From Chiloscyllium plagiosum (lineage: Eukaryota): 37,351 nt of DNA. The stretch lies in NCBI RefSeq assembly GCF_004010195.1, contig NC_057756.1, forward strand, positions 6,304,463 to 6,341,813, read 5' to 3'. Numbering within the stretch: the stretch's first letter is position 1; every line of letters starts with the position of its first letter. Of the stretch, positions 23,031-32,722 are shown piece after piece. The position numbers were made by a program, and so were the translations under genes. The notes beneath the pieces are model-generated. The model was not told the DNA's origin and ran no database searches. It saw nothing but the letters and a program-made list of their open reading frames with translations.

Positions 23031-23368
23031 AATCTAATTTGCTGTCCTCACTTTTGCCATATACTTCTAATCCTTTCCTATTCATGTATTTCTCCAAATA
23101 CCTTTTCAAATGTTGTTAATGTACCAGCCTCAATCACTTCTGCTGGCAGCTCATTCCAAGTGCTTACCACCCTCTGTGTAAAACAGTTACCACTCAGGTT
23201 GCCTTTTATTCTTTTCCCTCTAACCTTAAACTGATGTCCTATCATCCTCGATCCTGATGTCCTATCATCCTCGATCCTGATGTCCTATCATCCTCGATCC
23301 TGATGTCCTATCATCCTCGATCCTGATGTCCTATCATGCCTCTCATTATTTTATACACCTCGATAAAG
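23031..23368 (-). mobile_element. CR1 3' fragment
   Basis: Similar to 16220-16480 and 18930-19190. Confidence 0.75.
23231..23337 (+). repeat. Perfect 23-bp minisatellite, 4.65 copies
   Basis: (ctgatgtcctatcatcctcgatc)x4 plus ctgatgtcctatcat. Confidence 0.97.
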
Positions 23369-23571
23369 ATATGCCAACACACAGTGGGTACAGAAGCTGA
23401 ACAATGAATTGTCCTCAGTGTCTAAAGGACTGAAAACCACCAACAGTTTCTTCCCACTCTGCCTCCCTCAGCAGGCCCACACACAGCCCGAGAAAAACCT
23501 CTCTCTACATCCCAGGCCGCTCACTCCAAATTCCAGTGACCAGTTCCTGCTCCGTTCGGCCTGTTACAGAC

Positions 23572-23662
23572 AGTTTCCTCATTTCCCCTTGCCCCACCTC
23601 ACCCTAGTTCCAAACTTCCAGCTCCACACTGTCCCCTTGACCTGTCCAGACTTGTCCTACCT
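23572..23662 (+). mobile_element. Penelope-like internal 3' fragment
   Basis: Resembles the reverse complement of 18120-18191. Confidence 0.6.
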
Positions 23663-24002
23663 GGACGATTAGCCAGGATGGCAATAGATAAGAGGATGAG
23701 GGTGAAAGGAGCGAATGGACTACTCCAACACCTATCTTTGTTTTTTTTTTCTGTGACAGCTATTTCTGGGAACAGATATTTAGTACCAAACAATGATGTC
23801 ACTTTAATAAGATTATTTTGTCCTTTTGTTTTGGAAAGAGCTCCTAAAGGCAGTGGTTATGAAGAGTCTAGTTTACCAATGGAAGGGGAGGGACCAGTTC
23901 TCTCAGTTCAGGTCTTTTCTAGTTTGTTTTAGCTGTGGTAGTCAGAGGAATCTGAGTGTCCAGGAGATGTAAGCTTCAGTAAAGGATTGCTCTGACTTTC
24001 TC

Positions 24003-24543
24003 ATGGGACAGTGATTAGGCCACTTTTGGAATATTGCATGCAATTCTGGTCTCCTTCCTAACTGAAGGATGTGAAACTTGAAAGGGTTCAGAAAACATTT
24101 ATAAGGATTTTTCCAGAGTTGGAGGATTTGAGCTATAGGGAGAGGCTGATAATGGCTGAGCGGTGACCTTATACTGGTTTATAAAATCATGAAGGGCATG
24201 GATAGAATAAACAGACAAAGTCTTTTCCCTGAGGTAGGGGAGTCCAGAATGAGAGGGTCAAGATTCAGGATGAGAGGGGAATGATATAAAAGGGACCAAA
24301 GGTGCAATCTTTGCACACAGAGGATGCTGTGTGAATGAAATGTTTGCTGCCAGAGGAAGTGGTGGAGGCTGGTACAATTTACAACATTTAAAATGCATCT
24401 GGATGGGACATGAATAGGAAGGTTTTGGAGGGATATAGGCCAAGTACTGGCAAATGGGACTAGACTAGGTTAGGATATCTGGTTGTCATGGACGAGTTGG
24501 ACTGAAGGGTCTGTTTCTGTGCTGTACACCACTATGACTATAA
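24003..24543 (+). mobile_element. CR1 3' fragment with tail
   Basis: RPLLEYCMQFW..LERVQK; gggtctgtttctgtgctgtacaccactatgactata. Confidence 0.9.
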
Positions 24544-24723
24544 CTCTGAAATCTCTCTCTGGACGCTGTCCCTCCTGCCTGTTGGAATCTGTGTTTGAAT
24601 TTACGTTTTTGCCGTGGGCTGTGTTTATGGAATGTTACTGGTTTGGAACAGTTAATAACAGTTCCTGTATCAGGTCAGTTAACATTTTCAATAGCTAATT
24701 TATTCTAAATTCCCCTTTCAACT

Positions 24724-24853
24724 ATTCCTGAAGAAGGGCTTATGCCCAAAACGTCAATTCTCCTGCTCCTCGGATGCTGCCTGGCCTGCTGTGTTTTTCC
24801 AGCACATTTTTCAACTCTGGTCTCCAGCATCTGCAGTCCTCACTTTTCTCCTA
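24724..24853 (+). mobile_element. Penelope-like terminal repeat; hammerhead with G12>A mutation
   Basis: attc-CTGAAGA-a-gggc ttat gccc-aAAA-cgtc-aatt. Confidence 0.82.
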
Positions 24854-25043
24854 GTTGATCATACCCGGGACACATACTTCACATCTGCCTTTAAAATAAG
24901 AAAGTGTTAGGATCTAGGCTACCTTCTTAAAACATTTTGTGGGGGTCTGGCCTGGTCCATAACAAGTATTGTCACCAGAATGAAAAATACAGATGTGAGC
25001 GATCATTATAACTTCAAACCAGGTTATTGTCCTCCAACTTCAC

Positions 25044-25333
25044 CTGCAAGAACCAGTGAATTTCCAGAGACCAGGACTGGGAGTTGAACAGCGACTGAGT
25101 AAAAAAACTACAGCTAATTGCCTGGCATCTGAAGCAAAGGCTGGAAGCTGGGGGAATTCTATCCTTCCACGTTCACATTTGGTGATATTTCTGTCCTGTG
25201 AATATTGTGTTGGAGAGACTGTCGAAAAAGGCCGGGTGGGTTAGTCTAATGTAACTGTTCATGTGGCCATTAATATCACACAAGTTGGCGCCAATTCATC
25301 AACTGCTTTCATTCAAATTTGAAAAGCCCGCCA
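25044..25333 (-). pseudogene. Possible decayed Ig V-like exon (290 nt)
   Basis: Acceptor cctcctttctatttag|; TVTLD*, RGRIEF, FYSVAVQLPVLVSGNSLVLA; weak phase-1 donor G|gtgaag. All frames are interrupted. Confidence 0.2.
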
Positions 25334-26209
25334 CTAAATAGAAAGGAGGAGGTTTTACAGCGAATAGCTGATTTGGTTTTAGAATAGCTCACCAAATCTC
25401 ACTTTTCGCTCGTCTACTTTTGGTAGATGCTCTTCAGAAAGCCGGTACAGATTCGATGGGCCAAATGCTGTCTTTCTGCTGTGCAGGGATTGCCTGAACG
25501 TTTCTCCCAGTGACCGTATTCATGCAGACACCGTCTCCAAACAATATTTTGAAGTTCCCCCTCCTTTCTTGCAAATTGACTCCACATTAACTATTCCAGC
25601 CCGGCAGCTGTTGATGTGAGTTCATTTTGAAAGTTTCTATCTGTCAGCAGAAAGCCTTACTTCCAGCATTCTGCAAACAGACCCCGCGCGATGGTTTGGA
25701 AATTGGGAAATAACAACAAGTGCAATATATCTGTCCTTCAGACTCAAAGATGGGACAAATGTGTGACTGTCATTCTGTCAGTTTCTGTGATGTTCACACG
25801 TGTTTAGTTACTGATCTAGATCTGTCAGTTTCGACTTTGTGAATCTGAGTTCAGTTATCAATCTGCACCTGTGTCTGTTATACTATTGTGGGACTATACT
25901 TCATTGACCTGCACCTGTCAGTTTCTGATAGATAAATCTGGGAGGTGTAGTTCTCAATATTTACCTGTGACGTTGTGCTCAGTGAATGTGAGAATATATT
26001 TTGTGAATGTGAGTTTAGCAATTATCCTGTACCTGTCAGTTTCAGCGATGTGAATGTAAGGCTGGTGTTATTAATTTGTCCCTGACAGTTACTGGAATGC
26101 AAATGTTTGACTGTAGTTATCAACCTATACCTGTTAATTTCTGCATTGTGAATGTATGGGCGCAGTTATCAATTTCTACCTGTCAGTTTCTGCTATGTCA
26201 CTATGTGAT

Positions 26210-26448
26210 CAGCTATAGTCCAACAGGTTTATTTGGAGGTGTGAGCTTTCACAGCACTGTTCCTTCATCCGGTAGCTAGGGAGGCAGGATATTAAGACAG
26301 AGTTTCTAACACAAGGTCATAGTGTCATGCAATTGATATGATATATCGAACAAACCTAGATCGCTGTTAAGTCTTTTATGGTTGCAGGCTTTGATTCATT
26401 AATATGCAAATCCCAGAACTTCTTTCAAGCTACATTCCCGAGATCACT
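26210..26448 (-). mobile_element. Penelope-like terminal fragment (third family) with decayed hammerhead
   Basis: Minus strand ccggatga-aggaacagtgctgt-gaaagctc...aataaacctgttggactata; AGCT palindrome in stem III. Confidence 0.6.
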
Positions 26449-26775
26449 ATGAGTATACTTACTGTTCTGTACCTGACCTTTCCGTCATGTGAACATGTGA
26501 GGTGTTGTCATCAGTATGTCCTATCAATTACTGCAATGCAAATGCATTACTGTATTCATCAAAGTCTATTTCTCGGGTTTTGCGATGTGAATATGAGTGT
26601 GCAGGGTGCAACCTAAATTTACCAGTTTCTGAAATGTCCGAGTGAGTTTAGTTATTGATCCTGTCAGTTTCAGCTGGATGAACCTGTGAGTGAAGTTATC
26701 AATACATAAATGTCAGATTCTGCCATTTTCATTCTGTTCCTGACAGCTTGTGCTATATGACTCGTGAGTGTAGTT

Positions 26776-26850
26776 AGAGAACATAGAAAAATACAGCGCA
26801 GTACAGGCCCTTTGGCCCTCGATGATGTGCCAATCCAAGCCCACCTAACC
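26776..26850 (-). mobile_element. Short CR1-type 3' tail fragment
   Basis: gggccaaagggcctgtactgcgctgtatttttctatgttct on the minus strand. Confidence 0.75.
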
Positions 26851-27139
26851 TTATCTATCTGTACTTGCCTTTTCTTTTGCTACATCAACATGTGAGTGTA
26901 CTTATTGATGTGCACCTATTAGATTCTGCCCTCTCAATACTTGAGAGTATTGAATCACGCTGGACCTGTCAGTATATACTATGTGAAACTGTGAGACATA
27001 TTACAATCTGTTTGTGTCAATTTCTACTTTGTGAATATAAGAATGTAGTTATCAAGCTTTCTCTGATATTTATTACTGTGTGCACATGTGAGGGTATTTA
27101 ATGGCCTCTGCCTGTCAGTTTCTGCTGTGTATCTACAAA

Positions 27140-27424
27140 TATAGACAATAGGTGCAGGAGTAGGCCATTCTGCCCTTCGAGCCTGCACCATCATTCAATA
27201 TGATCATGGCTGATCATCATTAATCAGTATCCTGTTCCTGCCTTATCTCCATAACCCTTGATTCCACTATCCTTGAGAGCTCTATCCAACTCCTTCTTAA
27301 ATGAATCCAGAGACTGGGCCTCCACTGCCCTCTGGGGCAGAGCATTCCACACACCCACCACTCTCTGGGTGAAGAAGTTTCTCCTCATCTCTGTCCTAAA
27401 TGATCTACCCCATATTTTTAAGCT
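27140..27424 (-). mobile_element. CR1 3' fragment
   Basis: RRNFFTQRVVGVWNALP..FKKELD; tail gaatggcctactcctgcacctattgtctat. Confidence 0.9.
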
Positions 27425-29467
27425 ATTAAGTTATTAATTTGCACTTGTTAGTTTCTTGCTTGTGAACGTTAATGTATTTTTTGTTCTGTACCTGTCAGTT
27501 TCTCATTTGTGAACACGTCAATGTATTTATCACTCTGCACCTGTCTGTTTCTTGTTTGTGAACATGGTAATGCATTTCTCATTCTGTACCTGTCAGGTTT
27601 TGCCAGGTGACTACATCCATGTAGTTATCAACTGGTATCTGCCAGTTTCAGCTGTGAGAATGAGTGTTATTTTCAGTCTCTATGTGTCAGTTTATGCTTA
27701 CTGACTGTGTTTGAGATGAATCCCTGAAAGTTTCTGCTATGACAGTTTGTGAGTTTAGTGACCAATCTGTCCAAGTCAGTCTCTGTAATATGAATGTGAG
27801 AGTGTATATATGCATCTGTCCCCATCAGTTTCAACTGAGTAAACCTGAGAGTCTAGTTATTGGGCTGCACATGTCAGTTTCTGGTTTTTGAACATGTAAG
27901 ACATTTATCAAGCTGTACCTGTCAGATTTTGCTGTGTGAATGTGTGTGATTATAAGTATCTCTGTCAGTTTATGCCAAGTCACTGTGCGAGTATAGTTAT
28001 TGATCTGCATATGTCAATGTTTGTCATGTAAAAATGTCATCAAAGTGTCCCTGTCTGTTACTGCACTGCAAATATTTGACTGTAGTTATCTATCTGTACA
28101 TTTCAGGTTTTGCTCCATGAATATGAATATACTGGTATCGATCAATGCCTATCAGTTTCTGCTTGGTGAGTGTGAGAGTGCAGCTTTTAATTTGGCTATG
28201 TCTATATGTTAAGTTAGTTACTGATCTCTATCTGGCTGCATTGGCTTTGTGCGCGTGAGATTTATCATCGATCTGTTCTTGTCAGAGAAATGCAAACATC
28301 TATCTGTACATGTCTTTTTCTGCTGAGTGAATGTATGAGTAGTTACCAATTCAAAGCTGTCAGTTACTGCTTGGTGAATGTGTTTATGCAATCATCAGTC
28401 TATTAATGAGTTTCTCCTATATGAATGTAAGTGTAGTTATCAAACTGTACCCATCAGTTCTTGTCTTGTGAATAGGAGTGTGATTATTGATCTGCACCTG
28501 TCATTTCCTGGTATGTGATTATTTGAGTGCAGTTGTTAGTTTCTGCAAATTGCATGGGACTATCAGTATGAGTTTCTAACTGTCAGTTTCTGTCCATGTG
28601 AATCAAGTTACTGATCTGTACCTGTCAGTTTCTGTCATCCGAAAGCATGAATGTCATCATCAATGTATCACTGTCAGTAACTGCAAAGTGAACGTGCGAC
28701 TGTAGTTAGACCTCTCGGTTTCTGCTACATGAATGTGATAGTGCAAGTACAATTTCATGTCTGTCAGTTACTGTTATGTCCATATGTGAGTTTAATTATC
28801 AATCTATACCTGTCAGTTTCTGCTTGGTGAATGGTGAGTATGATTATCAAACTGCCCCTTTCAGCTTCTGCTGTGTGAGAGTTGTGTTATCGATCTCTAT
28901 TCTATCAGCTTCAGCTTTGGGAATATGAGAGTTCAATTTCCAATCTATTGCTGTCAATTTCTGATATGCAAATATATAAGTGTAGTTATCTATTTGTACA
29001 TGTTCTTTTTCTGCTGTTTGAATGTGAATCTATGCCTCTCATTTACTGCTTGGTGAATCTGTATTTGCAAATAAAGTTTATCCCAAACAGTTTGTGCTAT
29101 GTCAGTGTATGAATGTAGTTAACAAAATGTACCCATCAGTTTCTGCTATAAATACAAATATATTCATCAACTTGCACCTGTCACTTTCTGAACTGTGAGT
29201 GCATCAGCACTGTTATCAACCTGTACCTGTCAGTTTCTGCTATGTCACTATGTGTGTGCAGTTTTTATCTGTGCATGTCTGTTCCTGTCATGTGATCATT
29301 GTCAATGTGTTCCTGTCAGTTATTGTAATGAGTGTGTGACCACAGTTATCAACATGTACCTGCCAGTTTCTGTTATGTGAATATGAGAGGGCAAGTTTCA
29401 ATCTATGCCCATCAGTTTCTGTGATGTCTAAACGTGAGTTTAGTTAACAATCTTTATCTATCAGTTT

Positions 29468-29792
29468 AGATTTAGATTTAGATTTAGATTACTTTACACT
29501 GTGGAAACAGGCCCTTCGGCCCAACAAGTCCACACCGACCCGCCGAAGCGCAATCCACCCATACCCCTACACTTACCCCTTACCTAACACTACGGGCAAT
29601 TTGGCATGGCTAATTCACCTGACCCTGCACATCTTTGGACTGTGGGAGGAAACCGGAGCACCCGGAGGAAACCCACGCCGACACGGGGAGAACGTGCAAA
29701 CTCCACACAGTCAGTCGCCTGAGGCGGGAATTGAACCCAAGTCTCCGGTGCTGTGAGGCAGCAGTGCTAACCACTGTGCCACCGTGCCGCCC
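29468..29792 (-). mobile_element. Full-length young HE1-type V-SINE with (AATCTA)n tail
   Basis: A box tggcacagtgg, B box ggttcaattcc, V-domain, CpGs retained; empty site cagttt|ctgaca at ~1340-1351. Confidence 0.95.
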
Positions 29793-29798
29793 ACTGAC

Positions 29799-31967
29799 AT
29801 TTTACAGCAGAGGGGACAGAGGATAGGCCAGCTGCATGCTCTTCTTGCAGGATGTGGGATGTAAGGCTCGCCACTAGTGTCCCTGCTGATGTTATCTGCA
29901 ATAAGAGCACCCAACCTGTGAATGAGACTCCCGGATGGTATGTTGCTTCCTGAGTTCCGGGGTCAGAAATATCTTGGTTTGACTCTACAGGATTCTTAAG
30001 CGGGAGGGAGAGCAGGCAGAAGCTGTGGTAAACATCGTAACCAATGACATAGATTGCTAACAGTGCCATGGACTAGCGAGGCTAGGAACAGAAACCAAAT
30101 GCAGATGAACACCTGACTGCAGGGCTGATACAGGAGGGAGGGCTTCGGATATGTGGATCATTGGGATACCTTCCGGGGAAGGTGGGTCCTGTACAAAGAG
30201 GACAGGTTGCACCTGAACAGAAGGGGTACCAATATACTGGGTGAGAGGTTTGCTGGAGCACTTCGGGAGGGATTAAACTAGTTTGGATGGGGGTTGAGAA
30301 CCGCAGCTGTGGATCAGAGGATGGATAGCTAGTGTATGGCCAGTGACAGCGTGCATAATGTCTGTGAGTAGGGATAGGCAGTTGATGGGACAAAATTACA
30401 TTCAGTGTGATGGTTTGAATTGTGTCTATATTCATGCAAGAAGTATCAGGTATAAGGCTGATGATCTCAGTTCCAAGTACTGATCCATGCTCTGTGATGT
30501 GGTGGCCATTACGGAGACTTGGATAGAACAGGGACAGGAATGGTTGATAGATGTCCCAGGGTTTAGCTGGTTCTGAAGGAATTGGGAGGGGGTGGGGGGT
30601 AAAACAGTTGGGGTAAAGGCATTGCTAATCAGGAAAGTATCACACCTACAGAAATGGAGTCATTGAGGAGGGCTGGTCTACAGAAACAGTATGGATAGAA
30701 GCCAGAAACAGAAAAGGAGCAATCACTTTATTGGGAGCTTTCTGTCGACTCCCCATCGCAACATAGACATAGAGGAGTAGATTGGGAGACAGATTTTGGA
30801 AAGGTGCAAAAGTAACAGAGTTGTTGTTATAGGTGATTTTAACTTTCCTCATATTGATTGGAAACTCCGTAGTTCAAATAGCTTGGATGGACCAGTTTTT
30901 TTTAATCAAGTACGTCCAGGAAGGAGTATGTATATCAGCTAACCAGAGGGGAGGCCATACTGGATTTGGTGCTTGGACTCGAACTAGGCCAGGTGTCAGA
31001 TTTCTTGTGGAGGAAAAGTGTGCCTGGAGTCAGAACGGAGTTAAGGGGAGGGACATGTCCTTAATGAACATTGTGTTTCAGTATTCACTAGTGAGAGGGA
31101 CCATGTCAGTTGTGAGGACAGTGTGAAACAGGCTGATATGCTTGAACAGGTTGATGTTAAGAAGAAAGATGTATTGAAAAATTTGAAAAGCCTAAGGATA
31201 GATAACTCTCCTGGAACAGACGGGATATCCACATCGTTTCCACAAGAAGTGAGTGAAGAGATTGCTGAGCCTTTGGCGATGATCTTTGTGTCTTTGCTGC
31301 CCACGAGACTATTGCCTGATGTTTGGAGGGTGACAAGGGTTATCCCCCTGTTCAAGAAAGGGAATAGGGATAACCTGCGAATTACAGGCCAAATTGTTGA
31401 AGAGGAATCTGAGAGACAGGCTTTATGATTACATGGAATTCCATACCTTGATTAGAGATAGTCAGCATGGCTTTGTGAGAGGCAGGGCGTTCCTCACAAG
31501 CCTTAATAAATTATTTGAGGATGTGACAAAACAGAGCAGTGGATGTGATGTACAGTACATGGATTTTAGCAAGGCATTTGATAAGGATCCCCTTGGTAGG
31601 CTCTTTCAGAAAGTAAGGAGGCATGGGATACAGGGAGGTTTGGCTGTCTTGATACAGATTTGTCCGGCCCACAGAAGATTGTGTTTCAGTAAGACCACAT
31701 AAGGTGGTCTTATATGGACAGTATTCTGCCTGGAGCTCGGTGACCAGTGGTGTTCCACAGGGATCTGTGCTGGGATCTCTGTTCATGATTTTTATAAATA
31801 CTTGGATAAGGAAGTGGAAGGGTAGGTTAGTAAGTTTCCAGATGACACAAAGGTTGGTGGTGTGGTGGATTGCATGGAGGGCTGTTGTAGGTTGCAACGG
31901 GACATTGACAGGACATAGGACTGGTCTGGGAAGTGAGAGATGGAATTCAACCTGGAAACGTATGAAG
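29799..31967 (+). mobile_element. Decayed CR1 element A, copy III
   Basis: Collinear with 1352-3860, sharing the same ORF1 deletions; has an extra ~505-bp deletion at 31007. Confidence 0.92.
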
Positions 31968-32222
31968 AGTAAAAATGGCAGGAGATGTCAGACCCATGTT
32001 ATGCTCCTCTTGCTCAATGTGGGAGCTCAGGGACTTGGCTGATGTCACGTGCAGCAGGTGTGTCCAGCTGCAGCTCCTGTTAGACCGCATGGTGGTTCCA
32101 GAGCTGTGGATGGATTCACATTGAAGCATCCACGATGCTGAGGAGGTCATGGATATTGTTCAGTGAAATGGTCACATTGCAGATTAGGATTGCTGAGGGA
32201 GAAAGGGAATGGGTGACCAAAA
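31968..32222 (+). mobile_element. CR1 element B 5' part (ORF1 start at 31975), nested in A
   Basis: MAGDVRPMLCSSCSMWELRD; 32090-32222 matches 4055-4188. Confidence 0.88.
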
Positions 32223-32722
32223 NNNNNNNNNNNNNNNNNNNNNNNNNNNNNNNNNNNNNNNNNNNNNNNNNNNNNNNNNNNNNNNNNNNNNNNNNNNNNN
32301 NNNNNNNNNNNNNNNNNNNNNNNNNNNNNNNNNNNNNNNNNNNNNNNNNNNNNNNNNNNNNNNNNNNNNNNNNNNNNNNNNNNNNNNNNNNNNNNNNNNN
32401 NNNNNNNNNNNNNNNNNNNNNNNNNNNNNNNNNNNNNNNNNNNNNNNNNNNNNNNNNNNNNNNNNNNNNNNNNNNNNNNNNNNNNNNNNNNNNNNNNNNN
32501 NNNNNNNNNNNNNNNNNNNNNNNNNNNNNNNNNNNNNNNNNNNNNNNNNNNNNNNNNNNNNNNNNNNNNNNNNNNNNNNNNNNNNNNNNNNNNNNNNNNN
32601 NNNNNNNNNNNNNNNNNNNNNNNNNNNNNNNNNNNNNNNNNNNNNNNNNNNNNNNNNNNNNNNNNNNNNNNNNNNNNNNNNNNNNNNNNNNNNNNNNNNN
32701 NNNNNNNNNNNNNNNNNNNNNN
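32223..32722. other. Assembly gap (500 N, likely a scaffolding join)
   Basis: Run of exactly 500 N. Confidence 1.

Larger units (their letters stand above)
23790..24964 (+). mobile_element. Possible solo-LTR remnant, interrupted by CR1 and PLE insertions
   Basis: Ends ...ggcctggtccataaCA with LTR-like composition; 5' boundary and TSD not found. Confidence 0.3.
25760..29467 (+). repeat. Largest block of the degenerate 49-bp tandem repeat
   Basis: gttatc-type anchors at 26116/26165, 28085/28134/28183, 29212/29261 and 29345/29394/29443, each 49 apart. Confidence 0.88.

Noticed and set aside
23380..23410. CACAGTG as an RSS
   Set aside because: No nonamer at 12 or 22/23 spacing.
29720..29792. 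tRNA gene
   Set aside because: The A and B boxes belong to the tRNA-derived SINE head, which continues into the V-domain and LINE tail.
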